NCBI GenBank assembly: GCA_001821395.1
Contig: MHLM01000001.1
Coordinates: 1 to 64,000, forward strand
Direction of reading: 5' to 3'
DNA length: 64,000 nucleotides
Source: Candidatus Lloydbacteria bacterium RIFCSPHIGHO2_02_FULL_50_18
GTDB taxonomy: Bacteria; Patescibacteriota; Minisyncoccia; Phycocordibacterales; UBA6899
Both the position numbers and the translations under genes were made by a program. The notes beneath the pieces are model-generated. The model saw nothing but the letters and a program-made list of their open reading frames with translations, ran no database searches and was not told where the DNA came from. Below, one piece after another: positions 27,501 through 36,552 of the stretch. Each line of letters opens with the position of its first letter. The first letter of the stretch is position 1.

Positions 27501-30363
27501 TTGGAAAATGAGCATATCAGGAAGTCGTCCTATCATTTTGTGCCCGGTGACGGGAGCAACGGATATTCCTATGGTACGACAGCTACTTAGCTGCCATTCG
27601 TATTTCGTCAAAAAAGGCATCGTGGTCGACCTCGTGATCTTTAATGAACATTCCGGCGGATATCTGAAGACCTTTGAAGATGAAATAGACTTTTTACTTA
27701 ATATGCATCACGCGCAGAATGGAAATACTCTATCTACGGTATTTCACGTGCATGCAGAGCAATTAAGTGACCTTGAGCAAGATGCCGTCATGAGTGCGGC
27801 AAGCGTGTGCATAGACACGAAAAAGGGTTCGATCGTGGATGCAACCGTTTCATTGCGACGAAGCGCGACGCGAAAATATCCCCAGAAACTCAGCATACGA
27901 TCCAAGCGCACCGAGAGTATTCCCACACAGCCGCAACAGGGGAATACAAACGCCTTGCAGTTCTTTAACGGGATCGGTGGTTATGATGAAGCAAAAAAGG
28001 AGTATGTTGTCTTCCGCACGAAAGAAACACGCCCGGTTCGCCCGTGGTCGCACATTGTTGCAAACGCGCATGTCGGTTTTCTTGCGACCGACAGGGGGAC
28101 ATCTTTTACGTGGTCACGAAATAGTTACGATAACAAACTGACCATACCGTATAATGACCCTCTTTCTGCGCATACCGGCGAAGCGATATATCTCCGAGAT
28201 GAGGACACTGGCGCATGGATCAGTCCGTTCCCGGTCGTGAACAAAGAGGCGCTCGACTGTGAGGTGCGCTTTGGTGAAGGGTATTGCACGTATATTACAC
28301 ATGCACCCGGCATCACGATCAACATGACCATGTATGTGGGGGTAGACGAATCAGTTAAATATTACCGCGTTGAAATGACCAATACGAGCAAGCGTCAGAA
28401 GTCATTTGCGCTTTTTGGATATTTCGAACTGTTAATGGGAAGTCTTGAACGGGAAACAAAAAAACATCTTTCTTTCCGCGTCACCCCAGAAAATATTTTG
28501 GTGGCAACACAAAACTATCGTCATCAATTTTTGGACAGCAGGATCTTTGTCGGGATCGTGGGGGGCGCAGATGAATTTACCGTCAGTCGGGAGGAATTTC
28601 TGGGAAGATATGGAATGATCAGTGCGCCTGCAGCGCTGACACGAAAGGGGCTTTCAAGTGAGATCCATGGTGACGAAGAATCAGCTACTGCGCTGAAGAA
28701 AGATATCACGATTGCTCCGGGGGAACAAAAGGTGGAAGTATTCTTTCTGGGAGAGACGGATGAGGAGAAGCTGCCGAACCTGCTCCAGCGATTACAGGAT
28801 TCCAGTCACTCCGAACAAGCATTCACGATGACGAAACAAAAGTGGAACGCACTTCCATTACCGAAATTCACGCTACCGGACGCGACACTTTCTGCGCTTG
28901 CCAATCAGTTTCTTCCATACCAAACACTTTCCTCGCGTATCTATGCACGGCTTGGATTCTACCAAATTGGCGGTGCGATCGGCTTTCGCGATCAGTTGCA
29001 GGATGCGCTATCGATACTCTGGTATGATCCATCGTGGGTACGTGAGCACATTCTCGTTTCTGCCGCGCATCAGTTCCGAGAGGGTGACGTGCTTTCGTGG
29101 TGGCAGCCGCATAATAATTTCGGTGCTCGGACGCGACTTTCCGACCCGCATCTTTGGTTGCCGCATGTCACACTTCGCTATGTGCGATTTACCGGCGACG
29201 AAGCGATCCTCGACGAAATGGTGCCATATTTGTCAGGAGAAATTCCCGATAAAGCTGATCGACCGAATGTCGTGGGTATTTTTGAGTCCAGCAACGAAGC
29301 AACCACGCTTTATGAGCACCTGATACGTGCAGTCGAGCGTTCACTGACCGCAGGAGTCCACGGATTGCCGCTCATGTGCGCAGCAGACTGGAATGATGGG
29401 ATGAACCGGGTTGGCTCAGAGGGTGAAGGAGAGAGCGTGTGGCTTGCGTGGTTTCTCGTTTCCGTGCTCGATGAGATGAGCCTACTTACTGAAAAGCGCG
29501 GTGACCCATCGCGCGCAGAGCGTTACCGCGCTCACTCAAGAGGCTATCGGGACGCATTGAAAAAATTTGGGTGGGGTGGAAAATGGTATCGACGAGCGTA
29601 CACCGACAGCGGTGCAATGGTTGGAGCGAGCAGCGCAAAGGAGTCCCGCCTTGATTCAATAACGCAGTCGTGGGCATATTTTGCAGACGGAGATACCAAA
29701 GAAAGCAGAGAAGCATTGCGCTCCGCAAAACAGGAGCTCTCTATACATGATGGCCATGTGCCTCTTTTTTGGCCTCCATCCTCGCGGGCCGTCCTCGACT
29801 TGGGCACTGTTTCAGACTACCCACCCGGCGTGCGGGAGAACGCCGCGCAGTATAATCATGCTGCTCTTTGGCTTGCACAAGCACTTTTTGCCTCAGGAGA
29901 CCCCGATGCGGGAATGATGGTTGTTGATGCGGTGAATCCGTTCAAGCGAAGTGAGACAAAAGAAAAAGCGCTGGTTTATCAGGGAGAACCTTACGTGGTT
30001 GCCGCTGAAGTGTATTCTTCCCCCACGTACCCCGGACAAGCTGGTTGGACCTGGTATACCGCATCTGCAGGGGTGCTTTACCGTACGATACTAGAATATA
30101 TGCTCGGTGTGAAACACGAAGGAAACACACTGACATTCTCCCCGTCATTCCCAACGTCGTGGCACAACGCTTCGTTGGCATTACCGTACGGTGGGTCACT
30201 CTATAGCATAACATTTGAGGTGAAGGGTAGAGATGCGCCCAAGGAAGTTCTCGTTGACGGAATTCATGTGAAAAACAACGCGGTTACGCTTGTCGATGAT
30301 AAGACAGCGCATAAGGTCCATGTTTCTTTTGGAAGGACCTCGGGGAAAGACTCGTCGTCATAG
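21592..30363 (+). CDS. cgs: Cyclic beta-1,2-glucan synthase (Cgs/NdvB/ChvB-type): membrane GT84 glycosyltransferase domain plus C-terminal GH94 glucan phosphorylase-like domain, 2923 aa
   Basis: TM-flanked GT domain containing YVITLDEDTEL...QRSHRWIRGDWQII (D-x-D and QxxRW-like motifs), and a large C-terminal alpha-barrel region with CAADWNDGMNRVG (GH94 catalytic signature). Length and architecture match cyclic glucan synthases. Confidence 0.88.
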   Translation: MFRTRKGRSSSRGIESLAKELTLTAQLSFDERRATIFAQRSRKTLIRTRAAYRDLLQHLNERVQATQGIELLLDNFYIIESALTELLSSWKEKMTLRVPQSQDVDGEKQPRVYTIARALTKEVDARFDRETIIEFLRSYQKNTPLSLRELDIFPDMLRFVLIEEVLRIIDASLAVLKEKADANRWYERIVDASRHKNTSARLRKLTGLLAAEYTIIPQIFGLHLLHRLDQAGKEGDIRMVSKWLKLSLSKQGVSYAQLSTLKSHTEKVQAATMRNAVTSLRYLSQVRWDKVSLELNMVDAVLSKDPVGAFAMLTDDARSLYRRTIARISDGTGTHDIEVAREAVRLARQAVEVGNDKTMRSHHVGYYLLDKGVLELEQMLGYVPTFMESVRMIVLKHNTNAYLGFICVVTLLSTGVFLAQSGAFAFSALLFFAMFMLGLLLMSEVATVFAHFMFTRILIPKQLPALDLALGIGDARRTVVVVPSMFRSAASAQKILRRMETNFVGNSDTNIFYAFLMDFRDAKSEEVPQDNKRVTEMREGIMLLNAKYPSAIPRFALFYRKRKWNTAEGTFMGWERKRGKLKEFNDLLRGKETSYIDDAQKCAAAYGTVRYVITLDEDTELVRDSARSLIGTIDHPLNRPVVDPVKMVVTEGYGIVQPRSALRFEEGGASLFSRLFGSYPGIESYSSFVSDLHQDLFGEGIFHGKGIYDIDAFNTTMSERIPENTVLSHDLLEGLYARVGIASSAHIFEGFPSNYREYIQRSHRWIRGDWQIITWLFDRGAVFSRIGRYRIFDNLRRSLIPIAAVLAVIFSLFSAAELSSWSIVALLAIGSGQLISAVLRITERTTNWKRPVSIVARFESMITSSVVALVKTLFLGAFALHSAMITIDAIVRSMWRLFFSKRHLLEWQTAYEAALERKDSIKGFIRFMWRSVCLSLALVYLLFHGGGIQDPVVVMWVLAWLFAPYCAARISAELKNRYVLSDTERLYLRKVAARTYWFFIDLATKEDSWLVPDHLQEEPPSKRHSHGLGISPTNLGMYLLSLSGGRALGLSSLSAYTDRITRAFASMERMVRYNGHFYNWYELKQLTPLAPRYVSSVDSANLALSLLAVKGALIDATDAPIISDAMFQGLDAQLHVLLESCEQAITIKTSERHERKLLGEIRSAATESIMLIQKVANEALTPRGSDLVWTGVIHHAVRTRNALEELRLEGKSERFEEIFLAARHIESVADAYRDNVARYLGHAVISAVSALAHDPKLHALYLQLSLLLQRIPSVNDLADGVVRREIESVGILDAVLLSQLETEEKKRVRAWYAQILERLAESEKRASEAQSSLIGSAKSAAAYVEEMNFEFLYNKERGLFHIGYNCSTEKLDEAFYDLLASEANSTSIIGIAKRDVPQAHWAYLGRKLIQSGNGDVLVASWAGSLFEYLGTLLYFNVPRESFWGVSAQRAIAAHQAFAQKYHIPWGMGESASSRQDVARNYHYQAFGEPSLGFKRDLSESIVVAPYTSALALSMAPKEALANFQQLERAGAFGRYGFYDAIDFTKKRAKEYRESSGVPARIYYAHHQGFILSSIINVLNDGWVRTMVAKDPQMEVSTQLFEEKMPEDVRGEKISPIVPEIPVAQTVSTFAASPRRYLPWRTKEATSMFLSNEDYFTRITATGAGESSIGDVLITRASSDMLRESVGTFFYVFDAARDKMWSPTYMPTRVAGDKHTVSFGEQIIQFKKTHEEIDSSLIVTPLIQDHGELRELSLTNTREKETVLTFGVCAELSLSRRQDESSHPNYEQLFVSTETHWGGRAIIASRPDPHDRNHHIVAGFLLVGDGMLDDVHAIREKSLFLGSPEQKDDPPILRDLSRANKEGPAHTLDSVAAFVGRVRLRPKATTRVTLVTIVGKSKEEVFARLKIYRNYKSVLGVIGGADRAGGQLLSELSITALQAEAYGTLASIAIAREVKSGKESNSNARPWVSALWKMSISGSRPIILCPVTGATDIPMVRQLLSCHSYFVKKGIVVDLVIFNEHSGGYLKTFEDEIDFLLNMHHAQNGNTLSTVFHVHAEQLSDLEQDAVMSAASVCIDTKKGSIVDATVSLRRSATRKYPQKLSIRSKRTESIPTQPQQGNTNALQFFNGIGGYDEAKKEYVVFRTKETRPVRPWSHIVANAHVGFLATDRGTSFTWSRNSYDNKLTIPYNDPLSAHTGEAIYLRDEDTGAWISPFPVVNKEALDCEVRFGEGYCTYITHAPGITINMTMYVGVDESVKYYRVEMTNTSKRQKSFALFGYFELLMGSLERETKKHLSFRVTPENILVATQNYRHQFLDSRIFVGIVGGADEFTVSREEFLGRYGMISAPAALTRKGLSSEIHGDEESATALKKDITIAPGEQKVEVFFLGETDEEKLPNLLQRLQDSSHSEQAFTMTKQKWNALPLPKFTLPDATLSALANQFLPYQTLSSRIYARLGFYQIGGAIGFRDQLQDALSILWYDPSWVREHILVSAAHQFREGDVLSWWQPHNNFGARTRLSDPHLWLPHVTLRYVRFTGDEAILDEMVPYLSGEIPDKADRPNVVGIFESSNEATTLYEHLIRAVERSLTAGVHGLPLMCAADWNDGMNRVGSEGEGESVWLAWFLVSVLDEMSLLTEKRGDPSRAERYRAHSRGYRDALKKFGWGGKWYRRAYTDSGAMVGASSAKESRLDSITQSWAYFADGDTKESREALRSAKQELSIHDGHVPLFWPPSSRAVLDLGTVSDYPPGVRENAAQYNHAALWLAQALFASGDPDAGMMVVDAVNPFKRSETKEKALVYQGEPYVVAAEVYSSPTYPGQAGWTWYTASAGVLYRTILEYMLGVKHEGNTLTFSPSFPTSWHNASLALPYGGSLYSITFEVKGRDAPKEVLVDGIHVKNNAVTLVDDKTAHKVHVSFGRTSGKDSSS

Positions 30364-30519
30364 CGGTCAGAAACGGTCCTTCTTGGTGTTTGAACCCTCC
30401 TACATAGCCATCATGGCCCTCCGAGTCTTTGTTGTTTTAAGAGAAACCTTACTAATATTTTTTGATCAAAAGTATTGTGAGACCTAATAAGTAGCGTAAA
30501 AAGGGATGTCGAATTTATT

Positions 30520-30552
30520 TTAAAAGAAGAGCCGCACCTTTTCTGGCGCGGC
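30520..30552 (-). terminator. Possible terminator after the secreted HExxH protein gene
   Basis: Minus-strand GCCGCGCC-AGAAAAG-GTGCGGC followed by a T-rich run. Imperfect. Confidence 0.35.
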
Positions 30553-30562
30553 GAGTATCTCA

Positions 30563-31105
30563 TTATTTATCGATGGGGCTCCTGCATGGGAGCGAAAGGA
30601 GTTTTACGAAGATCGGATTTGTTTCGTCATTCAGACCAAACTCTTTCGCATAAAGCAGCTCCGTTTTGTATGCCTCATGCTCTATGTGCTGCATACAGGC
30701 GAACGAGACCTTGGTCGGTGATTGCTCCTGCAGGTGATGCACAAGCTCGTGCACAAACGTGATTTTGTCTTCTTCAACGAGCATCGGATCAAACCCCAGA
30801 CCGACCCACATCACGCCCTTGTCATACGCTGCGCGCACATTGAGCGTACATTCGGATGTTTCGATGCCTTTGTCGCGGCAGATCATGTTTTTAAGGAATT
30901 CCTTGTCGACAAATCGCATTTCTGGATGCCCGACTTCCTTAATGCTGTATCGGGTATTTATCCCGAGCCAGTTCACGATGTCATCGTAAAGCGCGGTAAA
31001 GCGGGGTTCATCGAAGCCATACCTTACGGTTTCTTTCGCGAATGCCGGTGCCCCCAAAAAAAGACTGAGGGTAACGATCAACGCCATGATATTTCGGATT
31101 TTCAT
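30563..31105 (-). CDS. Secreted small protein with HExxH motif (putative zinc metallopeptidase-like)
   Basis: Signal peptide MKIRNIMALIVTLSLFLGAPAFA and FVHELVHHLQE (HExxH). No family recognised. Confidence 0.6.
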   Translation of the reverse strand: MKIRNIMALIVTLSLFLGAPAFAKETVRYGFDEPRFTALYDDIVNWLGINTRYSIKEVGHPEMRFVDKEFLKNMICRDKGIETSECTLNVRAAYDKGVMWVGLGFDPMLVEEDKITFVHELVHHLQEQSPTKVSFACMQHIEHEAYKTELLYAKEFGLNDETNPIFVKLLSLPCRSPIDK

Positions 31106-31277
31106 GCTACCTCCTTAATAAAAAGTTCAAAATCTTTGCTAGCTTCATAATACACATATTTATGAAAATGTCAAGTTTTGAATTTACTTCTTTTCGTAAT
31201 TGAGGAGCTGTATTTGCAAAGAAAATGAAGCACCTGGTGGTCTAGGTGGTAGAGCAAAAATACTCTATACTCTTATT

Positions 31278-32384
31278 ATGTCCAGCACCAAACTATCCGT
31301 AGGTATCGTCGGGCTTCCTAACGTCGGTAAATCGACGCTTTTTAATGCCCTCACTAAAAGGGGAGCAGAGACCGCTAATTATCCGTTCTGTACCATCGAT
31401 CCCGCGGTCGGAGTAGTCATTGTTCCCGATGCGCGACTCGGTCAGCTTTCGGAATTTTCGCATTCAAAAAAGACGATCCCCGCCGTCGTTGAGTTCGTCG
31501 ATATCGCAGGACTGGTAAAGGGCGCTTCTGAAGGGGAGGGTCTTGGAAACAAATTTCTTGCAAATATCCGCGAGACTGACGCGATCGCCGAGGTTGTCCG
31601 TATATTCGATGAGAGTGACATCATCCACGTGGAAGGAAGGATCGATCCGCTTTCCGATGTCATTACGATCAATCTCGAACTGATCATCGCGGACCTTCAG
31701 ACGGTCACGAAACGCATCGATGCGATCGCAAAGGACGTTCAGCGCGGCGATAAGGTGCTTGCGAAGGAGCATGCTGCGCTCGTGAAGGTCTTTGCCATGC
31801 TTGAGAAGGGAGAAATGGCGAAGAGCGCGGACCTTGATGAGGAGGAGGTACAGATTGTAAAATTAGCGAACCTGCTCACGATAAAGCCGATCCTCTACAT
31901 TCTCAATAAGATGGCCGGCGGAAAGAATCTGGATGAAATGAATGACGAGCGCTTCAAAAAACTCATTGCATATTTCACGGAGCGCAAAGACCAATTCGTT
32001 ATCGTGGATGCGAAGATCGAGGAGGAATTGGGTGCGTTTGAAGGCGAAGAAAAGAAACTCTTCGCAACGGAGCTTGGGGTGAAGGGGGATGGTGTTGACG
32101 AGCTTATCGTTGCGGCATACAAGCTGCTCGGTCTGATGACCTATCTCACGACAGGAGAGGATGAAACACGAGCATGGACGATTGTAGCCGGTTCGACTGC
32201 GCCCGTCGCAGGAATGGCCATTCACACTGATTTCAAGGAGAAATTCATCCGTGCCGAAGTAATCAATTGGAAAGAACTTCTTGATTCAGGCTCATATGCC
32301 GGTGCGCGTGAAAAGGGGCTTGTAAAAACAGTGGGGAAGGATTACATCGTGAATGACGGAGATGTCATCGAGTTTAAGATCTAA
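31278..32384 (+). CDS. ychF: Ribosome-binding ATPase YchF (Obg-family GTPase)
   Basis: [19 protein letters not shown]1 motif, NKFL/TDAI motifs and the C-terminal TGS-like domain. The ORF extends to 31200; start is taken at MSSTK. Confidence 0.9.
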   Translation: MSSTKLSVGIVGLPNVGKSTLFNALTKRGAETANYPFCTIDPAVGVVIVPDARLGQLSEFSHSKKTIPAVVEFVDIAGLVKGASEGEGLGNKFLANIRETDAIAEVVRIFDESDIIHVEGRIDPLSDVITINLELIIADLQTVTKRIDAIAKDVQRGDKVLAKEHAALVKVFAMLEKGEMAKSADLDEEEVQIVKLANLLTIKPILYILNKMAGGKNLDEMNDERFKKLIAYFTERKDQFVIVDAKIEEELGAFEGEEKKLFATELGVKGDGVDELIVAAYKLLGLMTYLTTGEDETRAWTIVAGSTAPVAGMAIHTDFKEKFIRAEVINWKELLDSGSYAGAREKGLVKTVGKDYIVNDGDVIEFKI

Positions 32385-32407
32385 AAATTTCATTGCGGCA
32401 AAAAAAT

Positions 32408-32437
32408 AACCCACGCTGTTGGCGTGGGTTGATTTTG
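32408..32437. terminator. Bidirectional rho-independent terminator between ychF and a convergent small gene
   Basis: AACCCACGC-tgttg-GCGTGGGTT flanked by an A-run and a T-run. Confidence 0.7.
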
Positions 32438-32445
32438 CGATTCGA

Positions 32446-32670
32446 TCATTTGTCGGATGAATGATTGTCGTCGGCACAGTCCTGGCAGATAGCCCCCGAG
32501 GTGAGATAGTTGGTCTTGCTATTGCAGGCGGTGCAAATTTTGTCCGGTTTGGGCGATCCCACTACGCTCATTGCCTTTTTTAGTGCACGGATTGGATTGA
32601 TCCGTAACGCGACGAGCGCGAGCCCGATAACGAGCAGCGGCACGAACGCCGCGAGATTTTCCAGTGTCAT
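32446..32670 (-). CDS. Small membrane-anchored protein with C-terminal CxxC...CxxC zinc-ribbon
   Basis: MTLENLAAFVPLLVIGLALVAL TM helix, then CTACNSK...CQDCADD. ORF 32446..32697 trimmed to the second ATG. Confidence 0.45.
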   Translation of the reverse strand: MTLENLAAFVPLLVIGLALVALRINPIRALKKAMSVVGSPKPDKICTACNSKTNYLTSGAICQDCADDNHSSDK

Positions 32671-32775
32671 GGCAGATCCTTTAAAAGTAACGAACAATTA
32701 CAGCCTCCATTATATCACGATATCTTATTTATGTAAAGTACCATTGCCGAATAGGCCCCCCGTGGCTTATCATGT

Positions 32776-35265
32776 ATGTCTATGCGTGAGTATGATCATA
32801 AAAAAATTGAGGAGAAATGGCGAAAAGAATGGAAGCAGTCACGTCTGTACCGGACAGAAGACGGGGGGGGCAAGCCGAAGTGTTATGTACTCGATGAATT
32901 TCCTTATCCATCGGGAGAGGGTCTGCATACCGGGCACACGCGTATTTACACTGCGAGCGATATTTATGCGCGCATGAAGCGTATGCAGGGTTTTAACGTC
33001 CTGCATCCGAGTGGCTGGGATGCCTTCGGACTTCCTGCTGAACAATATGCGATCAAGAACAAGATCCATCCGTCGATCTCGGTGAAGAAGAATACTGAGC
33101 GATATAAAGAGCAAATGGATCGCGTTGGTCTGTCGTATGATTGGGATCGTGAGATCAATACCTCCGAACCGGAATTCTATCGTTGGACACAATGGATATT
33201 CTTGAAGCTTTATGAGAAAGGGCTTGCATTCGAATCGTTCGAGCCGATCAATTGGTGTCCATCGTGTCAAACAGGATTAGCCAATGAGGACCTTGAGGCC
33301 GGACTGTGTGAGCGGTGCGGTACTGCTATTGAGAAAAAGCCGATGCGGCAGTGGATCCTCAAGATCACCGACTATGCCGAACGATTACTGAATGACCTCA
33401 ATACGCTTGATTGGCCCGAGTCGATGAAGGATGCGCAGCGCAATTGGATCGGGAAAAGCGAGGGTGCCTTGATCCATTTCCGTATCAACAACTTCGACGG
33501 CCACGTGATGGTCTTCACGACTCGCCCCGACACCCTCTGTGGTGCGACATATCTTGTGGTTTCACCCGAGCACGCGCTCGTTGATGCGCTTTCCCCGCTC
33601 ATCACCAACATGAAAGATGTCATAGCGTATCGCACATTCACCGCTCAGAAAACGGAGATCGACCGCACTGCTGATGGAAAGGAGAAGACGGGGGTGCAGC
33701 TGCTTGGGGTCACTGCGATCAACCCCGCCACCAACGAAGAGATGCCGGTATTCATCGCGGATTATGTGCTTGGCCATGTCGGTGTCGGAGCGATCATGGC
33801 CGTCCCGGCGCACGACACACGTGATTATGATTTTGCAAAAAAGTTTGATCTTCCCATAAAGGCGGTCATATGGAACGGAGATACTGCCACTAAAGAGGTG
33901 GTTGCCGCATTGAAGGCAGGTCACACCTCTGTTGCTATTGAAAGTGTGATTCATGCTTATGAAGACGGGATCAAACAGCATGGTCCGTACATGGGGAGCG
34001 GGCTCCTCATCAATTCAGGCGAGTATAACGGGATGAATTCTGTTGACGTAAAAATGCGGATCATTGCTGATGTGGGTGGGCGACCAAAGGTCACGTACAA
34101 ACTTCGGGATTGGGTATTTTCTCGTCAGCGTTATTGGGGGGATCCGATACCGCTTATTCACTGTAAAAAGTGTGGTGTCGTTCCTGTTCCGGAAAATATG
34201 CTGCCGGTTCTTCTTCCAAATGTTACGTCGTATGCTCCAACTGATACCGGCGAATCTCCGCTCGCAGAGATAGCTGAGTGGGTGAATACTGTCTGTCCGA
34301 AATGCGAGGGCCCCGGAAAACGGGAGACCAATACTATGCCGCAATGGGCAGGTTCTTCTTGGTATTATTTGCGTTTTATGGATCCGCATAATACAGAAAG
34401 TCTTGTCAGTCCGGAAAAGGAAAAATACTGGGCGCCTGTTGATATATATGTTGGAGGTGCGGAGCATGTCACGAGACATCTCATTTATGCACGATTTTGG
34501 CATAAATTCCTTTTTGATATCGGCGTGGTTTCGACGAGTGAGCCATTCAAGCGACGATGTGGCGTCGGATTGGTGCTTGGAGAAGGAGGAGTAAAGATGA
34601 GCAAGCGACTCGGTAACGTGATCAATCCTGATGACGTGGTCGAGCGTTTTGGGGCGGACACGTTGCGGATCTACGAAATGTTCATGGGTCCGTTTGGGCA
34701 GGCTATTCCGTGGTCAACCGAAAATCTTATCGGTGCGCGGCGTTTTGTCGAGCGCATTTGGCGATTGCAGGAAAAGCGCAGTGATGTTGCGGTTGAAGAT
34801 AAGGCCACCCTAATCCTGCGTCATCAGACGATCAAGAAGGTTACCGCAGATATTGAAGATTTTGCGTTCAATACCGCGATCTCCCAATTGATGATCTACG
34901 CGAACCATCTCGAAAAACTTTCTTCGATCAATTCGGACACATTCAAGGAATTTGTTGTGCTATTAGCACCTTTCGCTCCTTACGTAGCTGAGGAGATTTG
35001 GCATACACTCGGGGAGTCAGACTCAGTCCACAAAGAATTGTGGCCCATCTTTGATGAAACAAAGACGCTCTCGGAGGCACTCGCTATAGCGGTTCAGGTC
35101 AATGGAAAACTGCGGGATACATTTTCCATCGCCCGAGGAGCGGGAGAGGATGAGATTGTTGCATTAGCCGGGCGGCGTGAGGGAGTACTCAAGTGGCTGG
35201 AAGGGAAAGAGATAAAAAAAGTCATATACGTGAAGGACAAACTTGTGAACATCGTACTTGGCTGA
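32776..35265 (+). CDS. leuS: Leucyl-tRNA synthetase
   Basis: HTGH (HIGH) and KMSKRLGN (KMSKS) motifs and full-length class-I LeuRS similarity. Confidence 0.97.
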   Translation: MSMREYDHKKIEEKWRKEWKQSRLYRTEDGGGKPKCYVLDEFPYPSGEGLHTGHTRIYTASDIYARMKRMQGFNVLHPSGWDAFGLPAEQYAIKNKIHPSISVKKNTERYKEQMDRVGLSYDWDREINTSEPEFYRWTQWIFLKLYEKGLAFESFEPINWCPSCQTGLANEDLEAGLCERCGTAIEKKPMRQWILKITDYAERLLNDLNTLDWPESMKDAQRNWIGKSEGALIHFRINNFDGHVMVFTTRPDTLCGATYLVVSPEHALVDALSPLITNMKDVIAYRTFTAQKTEIDRTADGKEKTGVQLLGVTAINPATNEEMPVFIADYVLGHVGVGAIMAVPAHDTRDYDFAKKFDLPIKAVIWNGDTATKEVVAALKAGHTSVAIESVIHAYEDGIKQHGPYMGSGLLINSGEYNGMNSVDVKMRIIADVGGRPKVTYKLRDWVFSRQRYWGDPIPLIHCKKCGVVPVPENMLPVLLPNVTSYAPTDTGESPLAEIAEWVNTVCPKCEGPGKRETNTMPQWAGSSWYYLRFMDPHNTESLVSPEKEKYWAPVDIYVGGAEHVTRHLIYARFWHKFLFDIGVVSTSEPFKRRCGVGLVLGEGGVKMSKRLGNVINPDDVVERFGADTLRIYEMFMGPFGQAIPWSTENLIGARRFVERIWRLQEKRSDVAVEDKATLILRHQTIKKVTADIEDFAFNTAISQLMIYANHLEKLSSINSDTFKEFVVLLAPFAPYVAEEIWHTLGESDSVHKELWPIFDETKTLSEALAIAVQVNGKLRDTFSIARGAGEDEIVALAGRREGVLKWLEGKEIKKVIYVKDKLVNIVLG

Positions 35266-35449
35266 AAAGATTCGATACAGAACACCGAAAGTAAGCCAAT
35301 GGGCTTGAGTGATTAGGATGGGCACACGGTGCGCAGCTACCCCTTGACAAGAATCTTTGGGGTGCTAAAACTATAAACAACCGAGTATTGGAACGAAACT
35401 GTCAATACCGAAGAAGTCATTATTTTTTGTTTCATTTATTTTTTATTTT

Positions 35450-36484
35450 ATGGGCAACGTCAGCATATCGTTCAAACCAAAAGTGGTCACAAAGCATTTC
35501 CTCGGAGTGTTGCCTCGCCGTGCCCAGGACGTTATCACCAAACGCTACGGTCTTGGTGCTGAAACAAAGAAAATGACACTCGAATCTATCGGTGAGAATT
35601 ACGGCATCACTCGTGAGCGTGTTCGTCAGATCGAAAATTTTGCATTGACGACGATCCGTAAATCCGACGCATTTAAGGAGGAGATGCCAACCTTCGATGA
35701 ATTGCGCAAAACCATGCTTTCAATGGGCTCCATCGTTCCCGAATCTGATTTTTTGGCGAGCGTGTCGAGTGATAAGTCAAATCAAAATCATATTCATTTC
35801 CTCCTGGTCTTGGGTGAACTTTTCACGAAACACAAGGAAGATGATGATTTCTCTCATCGCTGGAGCACAGACCCTGAGACTGCGGTCAAGGTTCATGATT
35901 CGTTGCGCAAGCTTTATGCTTCTCTTTCTGACGATGATCTTATCGAAGAATCAAAGATGATTGAGCGTTTCTTGAGCCATCTTAAGGAGGTTTCAGAAGA
36001 GTACAAGAACGAAGAGATATTGCGCCGTTGGCTCTCGCTGTCAAAGAAGATGGGCAAGAACCCGCTTGGTGAATGGGGTATGGCTTCATCGCCGAATGTT
36101 TCGGCGCGCGGAGTTCGCGATTACGCATTTCTGGTGTTACGAAAAAATGGTTCACCGATGCATTTCACTGAAGTGGCAAAAGCGATCGGTGCGCACTTTG
36201 ATAAGCAGGCACACATCGCAACGACACACAACGAACTAATCAAAGATAAGCGTTTCGTGCTTGTCGGGCGTGGACTCTATGCACTCTCTGAGTGGGGATA
36301 CTCGACCGGTGTTGTCCGTGATGTGATCGGTGAGATCATCAAGAAGAGCGGTCCGCTCACTCGCGAAGAGGTTGTCGACAAAGTGATGCGCGAACGTTAT
36401 GTGAAGCCCAACACCATTCTCGTGAATCTGCAGAATCCGAAATATTTCAAAAAGAATAAAGAAGGGAAGTACTCGCTTGTGTAG
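35450..36484 (+). CDS. Sigma-70 region-4-like HTH protein fused to a C-terminal HARE-HTH (RNAP delta-like) domain
   Basis: N-terminal LPRRAQDVITKRYGLGAETKKMTLESIGENYGITRERVRQIENFAL is a region-4-like HTH. C-terminal MHFTEVAKAIGA...HNELIKDKRFVLVGRGLYALSEWGY is HARE-HTH-like. Confidence 0.75.
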   Translation: MGNVSISFKPKVVTKHFLGVLPRRAQDVITKRYGLGAETKKMTLESIGENYGITRERVRQIENFALTTIRKSDAFKEEMPTFDELRKTMLSMGSIVPESDFLASVSSDKSNQNHIHFLLVLGELFTKHKEDDDFSHRWSTDPETAVKVHDSLRKLYASLSDDDLIEESKMIERFLSHLKEVSEEYKNEEILRRWLSLSKKMGKNPLGEWGMASSPNVSARGVRDYAFLVLRKNGSPMHFTEVAKAIGAHFDKQAHIATTHNELIKDKRFVLVGRGLYALSEWGYSTGVVRDVIGEIIKKSGPLTREEVVDKVMRERYVKPNTILVNLQNPKYFKKNKEGKYSLV

Positions 36485-36487
36485 TCT

Positions 36488-36515
36488 AAATGCCGTCCGA
36501 ATGGACGGCATTTTC
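36488..36515 (+). terminator. Rho-independent terminator
   Basis: TGCCGTCC-gaat-GGACGGCATTTT perfect hairpin followed by a T-run. Confidence 0.75.
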
Positions 36516-36552
36516 GTTCCACAAATAGCAGATTTACGATATACTCAGTCTT

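Noticed and set aside
31225-31265. tRNA-like string ggtggtctaggtggtagagc (D-loop-like) upstream of ychF
   Set aside because: No acceptor stem, anticodon arm or GTTCRANYC T-arm can be formed. It lies inside the predicted ychF leader or the longer ORF.
32698-32775. T-box leader upstream of leuS or alaS
   Set aside because: The intergenic leaders are ~80-100 nt, far shorter than a T-box (~250 nt), and no specifier or antiterminator T-box sequence is seen.
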